Source: Calditrichota bacterium
GTDB taxonomy: Bacteria > Calditrichota > Calditrichia > Calditrichales > Calditrichaceae
Reading direction: 5' to 3'
DNA: 64,000 bases
Assembly (NCBI GenBank): GCA_013151275.1
Contig: JAADIP010000158.1
Span: 1,622-65,621, forward strand
Shown piece after piece: positions 37,201-46,715 of the stretch. The notes beneath the pieces are model-generated. The model saw only the letters and a list, made by a program, of their open reading frames with translations, did no database searches and was not told the origin of the DNA. A program made the translations under genes and the position numbers. Numbering within the stretch: the stretch's first letter is position 1; every line of letters begins with the position of its first letter.

Positions 37201-38744
37201 GTTTCGGCAATAAATACATAATCCGCTTTTATCGACCGGGCGATATTGGTCGCCAGGGATTTCAAAACCTCATGAGTCGTGACCCCGGTTACTTTTTTAT
37301 TGATGGAATTGACCGCCTGTTCTATTTTTCTGTTTTCTTCTTCGATTTCAATAATGTGCAGAGCAAAAGCTATATCCGCAGCCAGCTCAAACAGAATTTC
37401 CTCTTCCTCCGTTGACAAATTAAAGGTTTTATCCAGTCCCACACAAAGCACGCCCATTGTTCTTTCCTGATATTGCAGCGGCGCTACCAAAGCGCGGGTA
37501 GTATTTTCTTTATTTTTCGCTTGAACAGAGGCGGCGGAATCGTCAACGGGATGTAAAATACTGATCAAACAGTCCCGCGAATTCATCGCTTTTGAAATAC
37601 AGGATTTAACAAATTCGTTTTTCCGCTGCGTTTTCTTGTTAGAAAATCCCGCCTGATAAAATTCTTCGGTTTCCCCGTCCTGATTTAATCTGGCGATCCA
37701 GGCGTATTTAAAATCTCCCGATCGAACAAGTAATCGACAAATTTTCGTCAGCAGCGTCGCCTCGTTTTTCTCACGCACAATCAATTGGTTGATGGTTCTG
37801 ATGGTCAAAAGAATTCTGTTCACGTGCTCCGTTTGCCGGAGATATTTTTGCCTTTCGGTAATATCCGTTATGTAGCCTTCAAGAAATTCGATTTTGCCTT
37901 CGTCGTTTAATATGCCTCTGCCCTCTTCCCAAATCCATTTAACCTTTCCGTCCTTTGTAAAAACACGATAGACGGATTTAAAGGGTTTGCGTTTTTTAAG
38001 CGCATTCCGAATCGTTTCAAGTTCCCTGTTTCGGTCTTCGGGATGGATGAGATCGCCGTAGGAGACTGTCTTATTGTCGATTAAGTCCTCGGGATCGTAG
38101 CCGGTTACTTTTTTTATGCCGCGGCTGACAAACTTCATCGTTCTGTTCTTGTCATTCAAACAGCGATAGACCATTCCGGACAAATTATCAGTTAAAGCGG
38201 AGATTTGACGATCTTTGATTTTTGGCGTCTTATCTTTAATTAAGCGATTATTGTTATCGGAATGTTCGAAAGAGCGTTCCGGAATTTTTTTAAGAGCGGG
38301 CTTTAAATCTTCCAACAGATTTTGCACGGCGCGAACGGCGGAATCGTCGTTTAAGCACAACAATAAAAACGCCTGCCCGTTTTTGAATTCCAAAGGTAAG
38401 ATTAAAATTTTAGCCGTGTTTTGCGGAACATCGCCAGAAACAAAAGGCGCTAATCCGGAGAATTCTTCCGGAGTAAAAATTCCGGAAGAGGCGTCATTCG
38501 AAAAAAGCGACTTTAAAAAAGAATAGGTCGATTTAGCCTCTTTAGTAAAATTTCCGTGAACACTCTGATAAAATTTTCCGGATTCATCTTCACGAAGAAT
38601 GATTTTACAATCGGCGATCGGAGGCAATTCGTTTAACACCGCACAAATCCGGTCTAATTTTCGGGTAAGCGTAATTTCATCGATAAGAATTTTAAGTATT
38701 TTGTTTTCGATTTTCAGGAATATTGGGTCAGTCGGCTTTTTCAT
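34206..38744 (-). CDS. Cytoplasmic hybrid histidine kinase (GAF, 5 PAS, HisKA, HATPase, REC)
   Basis: Five PAS/PAC units; LAGGIAHDFNNIL H-box; LMNLCTNA, DTGEGM, FTTKGVGKGTGLGL; C-terminal ILLVDDE...LITDLTMP receiver; no TM segment seen. Confidence 0.94.
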   Translation of the reverse strand: MKKPTDPIFLKIENKILKILIDEITLTRKLDRICAVLNELPPIADCKIILREDESGKFYQSVHGNFTKEAKSTYSFLKSLFSNDASSGIFTPEEFSGLAPFVSGDVPQNTAKILILPLEFKNGQAFLLLCLNDDSAVRAVQNLLEDLKPALKKIPERSFEHSDNNNRLIKDKTPKIKDRQISALTDNLSGMVYRCLNDKNRTMKFVSRGIKKVTGYDPEDLIDNKTVSYGDLIHPEDRNRELETIRNALKKRKPFKSVYRVFTKDGKVKWIWEEGRGILNDEGKIEFLEGYITDITERQKYLRQTEHVNRILLTIRTINQLIVREKNEATLLTKICRLLVRSGDFKYAWIARLNQDGETEEFYQAGFSNKKTQRKNEFVKSCISKAMNSRDCLISILHPVDDSAASVQAKNKENTTRALVAPLQYQERTMGVLCVGLDKTFNLSTEEEEILFELAADIAFALHIIEIEEENRKIEQAVNSINKKVTGVTTHEVLKSLATNIARSIKADYVFIAETVNEKEESAKIVACYGDGKIAENDEYALKGTPCENVVKQKTRVYPEKTAELFAGDNLLKTLNIEGYIGTPLRKPDGSVIGILVALSRSKIKNATLKRNVLEIFAHRVGVELQRFKMEEQLKESEYRYRTIFENSPFGIYRSTLDGRVIIANPALIKMLGFDSLEDLKKRDIDREGYYHKKNRLEFIERVMSTDEFIVHESVWRKKDGSPIPVREKARAVKDSAGNLLYFEGTVEDITEQKEKEEQILYQNQLLAAAQDAILATDLNFRITYWNNSAEKLYGWKAEEVLGKRIDEIVKMRMTQEERLRIRKIATEKGFWRGEVIQFNRQGEELVIDMSIGLMHDSEGKPAAIVGINRDISEKRKFEEALKASEASYRGLFNSVKEAIYIQAEDGSFLDVNEGAEKMYGYPRSYFIGKTPVDVAAPGKNDMNKVLEHFRKALQGEPQQFEFWGRRSNGEIFPKNVRLYKGQYFGQNVVIALAQDITEQKRVEERLRELTDAIEQSPVSVIITDLEGKIEYVNPKFTQVSGYEYSEVIGEKPNILKSGLMPQKVYEEIWSTISSGKVWQGELLNKRKDGTLFWEYARISAIKNEKGEIQHYLAIKEDITERKKLEEEKELLQKQLHQNQRLETIGTLAGGIAHDFNNILTPILGYAEIIKMSVVEDPKLQDNANQIIKAALRARDLIRQVLTFSRQIDHQPKPVYLQHIVTEAYNLLRASIPSTIILEKSIDKSCPPVMADPAQMHQVLMNLCTNAYQAMEKNGGQLSITLQQIVVDEITAKHHPGLNEQPYVRLSVSDTGEGMEPRVMERIFEPFFTTKGVGKGTGLGLSVVHGIVKNCGGEIIVYSEKGKGTVFHVYLPVADVRQIEEAKEKVPMPKGEENILLVDDEPSVLELEKQMLSYFGYKVTTVLDSTKVLAKLRKNPDKYQLLITDLTMPNMTGLQLSQLIRRHFPDLPIILITGYGQQLTEDLQKNFGIRSVLMKPVVAAELAKAVRKVLDN

Positions 38745-38754
38745 GGCATTTAAC

Positions 38755-39645
38755 CTATTCTATTTTAACAACTTGCAATTCATCAACAAGCATGGAAGAA
38801 GGAACTATACCGCCTGAAAACATCCAGACTACTATTGTGCTGTCTTCGGGACAATAAAGCGAATCAGCACTCTGATAAAACTTCCAGTTATTATCAGCCA
38901 CATAAATACTATATCGACCATTTTGATTGAAATTTTTAATAAAAAACCGGATATTGCCCCCTGATGATAAGTTTTTAGCCCATCCCTGCAAGCGATAGTA
39001 CCCCTCTTTGCGGTTTTTAAGTTGCAGCTCTCCATGGGGAACAACACAACCTCCGGAAACCATCACGGAATGTTTCCCGCCGCCGGGAAAAGTTTCATCA
39101 AATAAACTCAGCGAGGCGTAACCCTTCCATGGCGTCAGATCTTCAGGAATTTCAAATGAAGTGTAATAAACGGCATTTTTATCACGACCGATAATTCCCT
39201 TTTCACGGAAGGGAAAAAATTTTTGAGGGCAGACCTTTAATTCAAATTCGCCCGTAAAATCCCGAATCTCAATCTGCAAATACTTCGGAAGATAATCGAA
39301 AAAATACGACGTAATCCATCCTTTGTCGTTTGTTTGAAAATCGATTAATCTTTTAATAAACGCTTCGGAATCCGGATCCAGTATCGAAAAACGAATACTA
39401 CCTTCCCGCCAATTTTTCAGGTAATAACCCACGGCTATCGAATCGCAGTCAAACGACAAAGAATCCGTACGCAACATTTGTACTTTTTTATCGGCTTTTA
39501 AAGTGAATTGGTAAAAGTTATTCTGGTTTTTAACAGGTTGTGTTTGGCTGTCCTCGGTTAATGTCAGAGGGTTTGAATCTCTTGAACAAGAAAAAAATAA
39601 TCCCGCAAAAAAAACGCCTGCCATAAACAGATAAATTTTCATCAT
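38755..39645 (-). CDS. Hypothetical lipoprotein, possible C-terminal carbohydrate-binding (jelly-roll) domain
   Basis: Lipobox-like GLFFSC; C-terminal SFE...W...YRLQGWAK...VDELQV pattern resembles CBM-like domains (inference). Confidence 0.55.
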   Translation of the reverse strand: MMKIYLFMAGVFFAGLFFSCSRDSNPLTLTEDSQTQPVKNQNNFYQFTLKADKKVQMLRTDSLSFDCDSIAVGYYLKNWREGSIRFSILDPDSEAFIKRLIDFQTNDKGWITSYFFDYLPKYLQIEIRDFTGEFELKVCPQKFFPFREKGIIGRDKNAVYYTSFEIPEDLTPWKGYASLSLFDETFPGGGKHSVMVSGGCVVPHGELQLKNRKEGYYRLQGWAKNLSSGGNIRFFIKNFNQNGRYSIYVADNNWKFYQSADSLYCPEDSTIVVWMFSGGIVPSSMLVDELQVVKIE

Positions 39646-39862
39646 AGGTTCTGTCTTTTTCTTTCAACCCGTAATTTGAACATATTTAAAGGCAAGAAAA
39701 TCATCTTATATCACAAATTCTAATAATTCTAATATTCAGACGGTACAATGGCAGTATCGATTTACGACAAAAACCGACATCCGTGTTTTAAACTAATTTG
39801 CATAAGTAAATTTTACTATTTAAATTAAAAGTTTTGAATTTGAACAAAGAGGAGAAGAATAA

Positions 39863-40060
39863 ATGGCTTACGTATGCGAAATCTGTGGAAAACGACCGAT
39901 GGTTGGAAATCATGTCAGCCATGCTCACAATAAAACGAAACGTCGTTTCTTGCCAAATTTGCAAAAAGTTCGCGTCCAGACTCCGAGCGGCGTAAAACGT
40001 ATGCGGGTTTGCACAAGCTGCATTCAGGCTAACAAAATTCAGAAACCAAGTTTAGCTTAA
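39863..40060 (+). CDS. rpmB: 50S ribosomal protein L28 (zinc-ribbon CxxC form)
   Basis: [26 protein letters not shown]...CTSC; AGGAG RBS. Confidence 0.97.
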   Translation: MAYVCEICGKRPMVGNHVSHAHNKTKRRFLPNLQKVRVQTPSGVKRMRVCTSCIQANKIQKPSLA

Positions 40061-40086
40061 AGCCGGCGACATGCCGGTTTTTTTTT
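40061..40086 (+). terminator. Rho-independent terminator of rpmB
   Basis: AGCCGGC-gacat-GCCGGTT followed by a T run. Confidence 0.85.
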
Positions 40087-40112
40087 ATTCTCCCCTCCCA
40101 AACATTCTTTAT

Positions 40113-40481
40113 TTAGATAATTGCCAACACTCCGAACAATAATAACAATAATGAAACCAAAAAATAAAGCGTGCTTAAAGGTTCAACAATTTGCGGCACT
40201 CCCGAATGTCTGTGAACAAACCTGAGTTGGGAAAGACCGAACCAGACGCCCAATCCGCCCAACGCTAAATTCAGGAAGCCGGAGTAGGGATAAGATAACA
40301 GGTTACAAACAAAGATTACCGGAGAAATAACAAAAAAGGTGACGCTTAAAACGCGTTTCCAGCGCTTTCTTCTGCGGGCAATTGTCAGCTTGTATTTGAT
40401 ATTTGTTATCCAGATGAAATTAAGGAGGTTAATAATAATAATTAACCCTATGGTCATTTCCCATCTTCCAAATCCAAACAC
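40113..40481 (-). CDS. Small hypothetical membrane protein
   Basis: GTG start after AGGAG; 3-4 hydrophobic segments with a basic RRRKRWKR loop. Confidence 0.6.
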   Translation of the reverse strand: MFGFGRWEMTIGLIIIINLLNFIWITNIKYKLTIARRRKRWKRVLSVTFFVISPVIFVCNLLSYPYSGFLNLALGGLGVWFGLSQLRFVHRHSGVPQIVEPLSTLYFLVSLLLLLFGVLAII

Positions 40482-40542
40482 ATTGCTCTCCTGTTTTTAG
40501 AAAAAACACGTAAAACTTAAAAAGATGACCGCATAAAAAGTA

Positions 40543-41349
40543 TCAATAGCGAAAATGCTTCATCTGTTCGCCTTTTTCGCCAATTTCCGTCATGGCTTCG
40601 ATACCGATTTGAAGATGCAATTCAGTGTATTTTTGCGTAACATATTGATCGGATTCTTCCGTTTTAATTCCTTCGGGGGTCATCGGTAGATCGCTGACCA
40701 ACAGCAGGGCGCCGCGGGAGATGGCATTGGCATGACCGACGATAAAAATGGTCGCCGTTTCCATATCAATGGCAATGGCGGAAATTTTCCGCAGGTAGCT
40801 TTTAAAGCTTTCGTCCCATTCCCACACTCTTCGGTTGGTGGTGTAAACAACGCCCGTGCGATATTCCTGATTGTGACCGACGATTTTATTAGAAACAAAT
40901 TTATGCAATTTAAAAGAAGGCAATGCGGGAACTTCGGGGGGAAAATAATCATTGCTGGTACCCTCGCCGCGAATGGCGGCTATCGGCAAAATAAAATGAC
41001 CGATTTCCGTCGAATGCTTCAAGCCTCCGCATTTGCCCAAAAAGAGCACTCCTTCCGGCTTTCGCGCCGACAGCAAATCCATCAGAGTGGCGGCATTAGG
41101 CGAACCCATTCCGAAATTGATTATGGTCAGTCCGCCGGAATTGGTAGCCGTTTGCATGGGACGCCCCTCGCCCTTAACATCACATTTGAAACGCTCTGCA
41201 AACATGCTAATATAATAGCTGAAGTTGGTTATTAAAATATAATCACCGAATTCGTCGATTTGAGTACCGGTATAGCGCGGCAGCCACAACTTAGCCAGTT
41301 CGTATTTCGAGATGCTGTTTAAATGTTTGTTGGAAGGTAGAGAAATCAT
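40543..41349 (-). CDS. amn: AMP nucleosidase (short Bacteroidetes-type, PNP/UDP phosphorylase fold)
   Basis: WLPRYTG, INFGMGSPNAAT, FLGKCGGLK, IRGEGTSNDYFP, IDMETAT motifs. Confidence 0.9.
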   Translation of the reverse strand: MISLPSNKHLNSISKYELAKLWLPRYTGTQIDEFGDYILITNFSYYISMFAERFKCDVKGEGRPMQTATNSGGLTIINFGMGSPNAATLMDLLSARKPEGVLFLGKCGGLKHSTEIGHFILPIAAIRGEGTSNDYFPPEVPALPSFKLHKFVSNKIVGHNQEYRTGVVYTTNRRVWEWDESFKSYLRKISAIAIDMETATIFIVGHANAISRGALLLVSDLPMTPEGIKTEESDQYVTQKYTELHLQIGIEAMTEIGEKGEQMKHFRY

Positions 41350-41908
41350 AACGATAATACCACATTAGTATGTTTTACTTTTCATAAATGTACGAATCAA
41401 ATTTGATTTCATCAAACTAAATATGAAATTTGTTTAGCCCAAATTCATTTTCCGAAAAAGAATCTCATTCATTAAAATTTTTTTATTTCTGTTTTAGGCG
41501 AATATTTGCATAATCGGCGCCGTTCTTTTCTTTTACGAGCACCGGCGGGGACGAGGGGATCTTTAATTTCCCGATTAATAAGACTTTGCATCCTTTCGTT
41601 TTTAAGCGTCCATCTTTGATGTTTTATCGGTTAAACCGTTAATAAAACGATTCTTCAATTATTATTTTGTTTCAAACATGTTTTATATTATTTTTTTACC
41701 GCTTTTGCGTAATCAGCGTTATTGTTATTTCCGCGCCGCGTAAAAGGTTGTTTTGCGAAAGCAGCGGTCGCGGACATAAGCGCAGTAAGAAATCCCGTAG
41801 CTTCAACGGCAAATAAGAAATTCGGGTTTGCCTGTTGAAATGAAGGAGAAAAACAACTTCCGTAAAACTTAATCATTTTTCAGACAAAGAACAAAACAGG
41901 AATTTAAA

Positions 41909-43759
41909 ATGAAACGACTTCTCACGATTTTATTTTTTGTTGCATTGATTTTAACCGGGTGTCAAAAACAAGATCGCTTTCGTTTTGCCTGGTTATCCGA
42001 CACTCATGTTTCAACCGCTTCTTCCGGGGCAAAAGATCTGCGGTTAGCGGTAAAGGATATCAACCGCTTGCGAAACATCGATTTTGTAATTGTAAGCGGC
42101 GACATCACAGAGACCAATACCGGGAATAATCTGTTCAGGGCAAAACAAATTCTTGATTCGCTGAATATGCCTTATTACATCATACCCGGCAATCACGACA
42201 GTAAATGGACGGACTCGGATCTTGAGAATTTTAAAACCTATTGGGGCGACGATAAATTTAATTTTGACTACGGAGACTTTAAATTCATCGGATTACATCA
42301 GGGACCGGAATTGCGCATGGCGGACGGTCATTTTGCTCCGCACGATTTACGATGGTTGAAACGATTTTTACGGACTCTTAAAAACCCGCGGCAGCCTCTG
42401 ATTTTTGTCACCCATTATCCCCTTTCTCCGCCCTTTACCATCGATAATTATGACGTTTTTATGGATATTATCAAAAACTATCGCGTTGTGATGCTTTTGA
42501 ACGGACACGGTCACCGCAACCGCAGAGGATCGGCTTACGGCATTCCGCAAATTATGGGGCGTTCTTCTTTGAGAGCGTCAAATGAAAGGGGCGGCTACAA
42601 CATTGTGGAATATCAGAACAACCAATTTACGTTTTACGAACGAATCACCGGAAACGCCACCATGCCTTCGTGGACAAACGTTGTATTATACCCGGAACCC
42701 GTTGTAATCGACAGTTTAATCATTCGTCCCGATTTCAGTATTAACAATCAATTCCCCGCAGTTTCAAGAGTCTGGGAATTCAATGCAGATAATTTGATTA
42801 CCGCCTCGCCCTCGGTTTTCGGCGGAAGAGTTTTTATCGGCGACGTTAAGGGAATAATGCATTGCCTGAATTTGGAGGACGGAAGAGAGCTGTGGACTTT
42901 CAGGAGCGGGAGCGGAATTTACGCCAAAGCCGCGGCGCAGAGTAAGAGTCTGGTTTTTACCAGCGCCGACAGCAACATTTACTGTTTGAATCCGGAAAAC
43001 GGGGAATTGCTCTGGAAACACAAAACAGACAAACCGGAATTAGCCGTGCCTGTTGTTAACGGAGATACTGTTTTTGTCGGCGGAAGCGATCATAAATTCC
43101 GCGCATTAAACTTAACCGACGGAACCGTTTTCTGGGAATACGAGCCGATTAACGGATATGTGGAAACAAAGCCCTTATTGTTCAAGGACAAAGTAATATT
43201 CGGCGCCTGGGACCAAACGCTTTACGCGCTCAATCGAAAAACAGGAACGCTTGCCTGGCAGTGGAAAGAAGGACGTCCGCATCTTTTTTACTCTCCGGCT
43301 GCCTGTTGGGCGGTGGCGGCGGATAAAAAAGTTTTTATCGTGGCGCCCGATCGTTTTATGACCGCCATTGACGACGCGACCGGGAAGACCATCTGGCGCA
43401 CTAATCTTTTCAAGGTTCGGGAGACCATCGGAATTTCGGAAGACGGCAGCAGGGTATATGCCAAATGTATGCGGGATACCGTTTTTGCGGTAAATACGCG
43501 AAAAAACGAGCCGTCTTATTTATGGGTCAGCGATTTTGATTTCGGGTATGATATTGCAAATTCCATGATTCGTGAAAAGGACGGTATCGCGTTCTTCGGC
43601 ACTAAAAACGGTTTGATTGTCGCGTTTGAGGGTAAAACGGGAAAATTACTCTGGAAACATAAAATCGGCAATACGCTGATTAATACATTACAGCCGTTGG
43701 AAGGGAATAAGGTATTGGTAAGCACCATGGACGGTCTTGTTGTTCTTTTGAGTTTTTAA
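41909..43759 (+). CDS. Metallophosphoesterase fused to PQQ-like beta-propeller repeats (lipoprotein)
   Basis: LILTGC lipobox; SDTH, GDITE, PGNHD, HYP, GHGH calcineurin-like motifs; repeated G...W PQQ-type blades. Confidence 0.88.
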   Translation: MKRLLTILFFVALILTGCQKQDRFRFAWLSDTHVSTASSGAKDLRLAVKDINRLRNIDFVIVSGDITETNTGNNLFRAKQILDSLNMPYYIIPGNHDSKWTDSDLENFKTYWGDDKFNFDYGDFKFIGLHQGPELRMADGHFAPHDLRWLKRFLRTLKNPRQPLIFVTHYPLSPPFTIDNYDVFMDIIKNYRVVMLLNGHGHRNRRGSAYGIPQIMGRSSLRASNERGGYNIVEYQNNQFTFYERITGNATMPSWTNVVLYPEPVVIDSLIIRPDFSINNQFPAVSRVWEFNADNLITASPSVFGGRVFIGDVKGIMHCLNLEDGRELWTFRSGSGIYAKAAAQSKSLVFTSADSNIYCLNPENGELLWKHKTDKPELAVPVVNGDTVFVGGSDHKFRALNLTDGTVFWEYEPINGYVETKPLLFKDKVIFGAWDQTLYALNRKTGTLAWQWKEGRPHLFYSPAACWAVAADKKVFIVAPDRFMTAIDDATGKTIWRTNLFKVRETIGISEDGSRVYAKCMRDTVFAVNTRKNEPSYLWVSDFDFGYDIANSMIREKDGIAFFGTKNGLIVAFEGKTGKLLWKHKIGNTLINTLQPLEGNKVLVSTMDGLVVLLSF

Positions 43760-44811
43760 AGCAATGCTTTTAAATCGCTGATGAAATTAGTCATCGGTCT
43801 CACATAATTTTTCATCCCGGGGTGCTGTTGGGCTCTTTTTAACCTTTGACTATTGTCCGGTAAGTACAAAATAGCGCGGTGACTTCCGATTTCGGTTATT
43901 TTATCGTCGGAAAGATCTTTATCAAAAGCAACAACATGCCACAGTTCTCTGATTTTGTGACGATTCAGTAAATCAATATCCGTTGTATAAGCTTGCTTCC
44001 AACGTTCTCTTAAAGTTCTTTTACATGAAATTCCTATAATCCATCCATCCTTTGTTCGAATCCATTTATCTATTTCCAAGCCGGTTGTAAAATGTTCAGG
44101 CGCCGCAGCGCTGGTAATACCGAAATAATCTAAAATTAAACTCGTAATGCCTTCAACACCTCGACCAGCCCTGCCTTTACGTTTTTGTCCCACTCTTCTT
44201 TCAAATTCCTGACAAAAAGCAGTCAGCACAATATCTTGTTCATCGTCCGTCAAAATATTATTTAATTCCTTCCTAAGCAGACTAAACGCTTTAACTATTT
44301 CGGTTCTTTCCGCCGCCATACAACCCTTTGATCCTATATCATCCAAAATACTTATAATATCAGCCAAACCATTTACGCCTTTTGTGTCTAATAAAGCTTT
44401 GGCTATTGATTCCACAAACAAATTATCGTCGCTTGGGATCTCTTTTAATGCCATATTGACCGGAATAATTATTTTTTCACACGTCAGGGCAAGAACTTCA
44501 AAATCTTTACTTTCAATGAGTCTTTCAAACAAATCGTCACATAAATTTTGCAGAGCATTATATCTTGCGGTTCCCTTTCTTTTCTTTTTTAAAAGAACAT
44601 TTTTAACGGTTTCTTTTAAAATTTTGAATCTCTGTTCTTCATTTTCTTTTTGAATTTCTCGTGAATTGATTAATGATTTAATTGATATTGCTAAATTCAT
44701 CATAGTATTTGAATCAGTCCCAATACCTCCATATTTATCGGTATTGATAAGCATCCTGGATATCCAATAAACATTTTCCCAGGGATTTTTAACAATTTTC
44801 TCGATTGACAT
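43756..44811 (-). CDS. Type II restriction endonuclease, EcoRII-C/PspGI/SsoII-like family
   Basis: KRKGRAGRGVE resembles EcoRII RKSRAGKSLE; EID plus SCKRTLRERW catalytic/recognition motif; adjacent to an MTase; AT-rich. Likely start ATG 44811 (ORF track 44832). Confidence 0.78.
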   Translation of the reverse strand: MSIEKIVKNPWENVYWISRMLINTDKYGGIGTDSNTMMNLAISIKSLINSREIQKENEEQRFKILKETVKNVLLKKKRKGTARYNALQNLCDDLFERLIESKDFEVLALTCEKIIIPVNMALKEIPSDDNLFVESIAKALLDTKGVNGLADIISILDDIGSKGCMAAERTEIVKAFSLLRKELNNILTDDEQDIVLTAFCQEFERRVGQKRKGRAGRGVEGITSLILDYFGITSAAAPEHFTTGLEIDKWIRTKDGWIIGISCKRTLRERWKQAYTTDIDLLNRHKIRELWHVVAFDKDLSDDKITEIGSHRAILYLPDNSQRLKRAQQHPGMKNYVRPMTNFISDLKALL

Positions 44812-44821
44812 CGCATACCCT

Positions 44822-45715
44822 TCAAGAATCATTTTTAATAAAATGAATTATATACTCGAAAGTTGTTCCCATAGTAATATAATTTGAGGGCCAGCCAAAA
44901 ATTCCGATTCGATTAACAATGTTTGTTCGATCCCAGATAATAATATTTCTAAATTTGAATCCTACCTTTTCCAGAGCTTCAATAATAGCTATGTGGATCG
45001 GAATTCGTTCGTTTTCCCACCACATATCGGCGACATTTATAACGCAATGACCCTTATCCCGCATTATGGGCAATAACTTTTCATAAATCTGAGCAATTTC
45101 ATGGGCATATTCTTTCAATTCCAGTGTGCCTAAATCTCGTTTGTCCTGGCTGTATTGTTCTATTTTATTGTATTGATCGTTTTTACGATATTCGCCGCGT
45201 CTGCTTTTATTTTTCCTTTTTCTGTTAAGAAGATTTGCATAAGGAGGCGAAGTAATTACCAGCTTAACCGTGTTTTCATCCAGGTATTCTTTAATATTCC
45301 TTGCGTCATCGTTTATTGCGATTTGGGTAGATTCGTCGAATACGGAATGCTGGGCTAAACGTTCGTTGCATAGGGCAATGTATTTTTCGTTCAGATCAAA
45401 ACCGACCGCGTTTCTGTTTAAATCTTTTGCCGCGACCAGAGTTGTTCCGCTGCCTACAAAGGGGTCTAATACCAATTCACCCTTATGCGTAAATAATTCG
45501 ATGCACTTTCTGGCAAGTGCTATGGGAAAGGTGGCAGGGTGAAGTTTTTTATCCCGAATATCACGTTTTTCATAATAAAATTGCCACACGCCGATCTGGC
45601 TTTTAATCCATTCTTTCGGCGTAAGACAATTGATATGGTTTTCGGGGCAATCACACGTGCGCTGGTACGGAATAACAAGCTTTTTATTCTTAGTTTCAGT
45701 GTTTAATTCTTCCAT
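44822..45715 (-). CDS. N4-cytosine (or N6-adenine) DNA methyltransferase
   Basis: HPATFP, VLDPFVGSGTT (motif I), ITSPPY (motif IV, SPPY typical of m4C), INVAD, IIWDR. Confidence 0.92.
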   Translation of the reverse strand: MEELNTETKNKKLVIPYQRTCDCPENHINCLTPKEWIKSQIGVWQFYYEKRDIRDKKLHPATFPIALARKCIELFTHKGELVLDPFVGSGTTLVAAKDLNRNAVGFDLNEKYIALCNERLAQHSVFDESTQIAINDDARNIKEYLDENTVKLVITSPPYANLLNRKRKNKSRRGEYRKNDQYNKIEQYSQDKRDLGTLELKEYAHEIAQIYEKLLPIMRDKGHCVINVADMWWENERIPIHIAIIEALEKVGFKFRNIIIWDRTNIVNRIGIFGWPSNYITMGTTFEYIIHFIKNDS

Positions 45716-45903
45716 AATCCTGTTTATCTACCTCTTTCAAAATTTATAGGGTTAATCTTTATGCCCAGCCGTCTTTTAAAACAAATTCTGTCTGACGGTA
45801 ATTATTTAATCTCAAACCTTAATATAAAAGTAAGCAAGGCAAAGCGCAAAATAATAAAGCATTCGACAAAAAACATTCTATTCAAAATCCACCGGAATCG
45901 TAT

Positions 45904-46668
45904 TCAGTATTTAAGCGGTTTGGGCTGAATGGGACCATCCATCTTGGCGTGCACAAATTGATAAACAATCGGATTATCGGTGGTGTGTAATTCTTCCACG
46001 GATCCTTCGAACATTATCATGCCCATGTGCAGCATTACAACGCGATCGGCTATTCGGCTGACGCTTTGCATATCGTGAGTCACAATAATGGAAGTGACGT
46101 TCAGGCGGTCGTTAAGTTCGTTAATCAAATGATCGATATTCGCCGCCATGATAGGATCAAGACCCGTTGTGGGTTCGTCATAGAGCACATATTTGGGATT
46201 CATTATGATTGCCCGCGCCAGAGCGACCCGTTTTTTCATTCCTCCGGACAATTCGGACGGCTTTAAATTTTCGATGCCCGGTAAACCGACCATTTCCAAC
46301 TTTTCAGCCACCTGTATCTTAATTTCTTTGGGCGACAAATCGGTGTGTTCCACTAAAGGAAGGGCTATGTTCTCGGCAACCGTCATGGAGTCGAATAAGG
46401 CTGAGCCCTGAAACAAAAAGCCAAATTGTTTTCGCAAATAGAAAAGATCTCTTTGGCTTACCTTTTTAATCGGAACCTGATCGACCAGGATATATCCCCT
46501 GTCGGGCTGCATTAAATTCAAAATATTTTTAAGCAATACGCTTTTACCGCATCCGCTCCGACCGATGATGACCAATTTTTCTCCGTCATAAACTTTTAAG
46601 TTCACATTACGGAGAACAATTTTTTCATCAAATGATTTTTTAAGATTTACGATTTCGATCATAGCCAA
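45904..46668 (-). CDS. mlaF: MlaF/Mkl-type ABC ATP-binding protein
   Basis: GRSGCGKS, FQGSALFDSMTVAENIA, LSGGMKKRVALARA, YDEPTTGLDP, VTHD. Confidence 0.9.
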   Translation of the reverse strand: MAMIEIVNLKKSFDEKIVLRNVNLKVYDGEKLVIIGRSGCGKSVLLKNILNLMQPDRGYILVDQVPIKKVSQRDLFYLRKQFGFLFQGSALFDSMTVAENIALPLVEHTDLSPKEIKIQVAEKLEMVGLPGIENLKPSELSGGMKKRVALARAIIMNPKYVLYDEPTTGLDPIMAANIDHLINELNDRLNVTSIIVTHDMQSVSRIADRVVMLHMGMIMFEGSVEELHTTDNPIVYQFVHAKMDGPIQPKPLKY

Positions 46669-46715
46669 TAATCCCGTTTTTATTTTGCTCGGTCATTCCG
46701 GAAAACACACACAAA

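Noticed and set aside
41507-41522. Possible sigma54 promoter (CGGCGCCGATTATGCA, minus strand) upstream of amn
   Set aside because: Only GG-N10-GC spacing fits; several consensus mismatches, expected by chance.
41688-41876. 62-aa intergenic ORF upstream of the metallophosphoesterase
   Set aside because: No recognisable domain or RBS; antisense to the probable promoter region of 41909.
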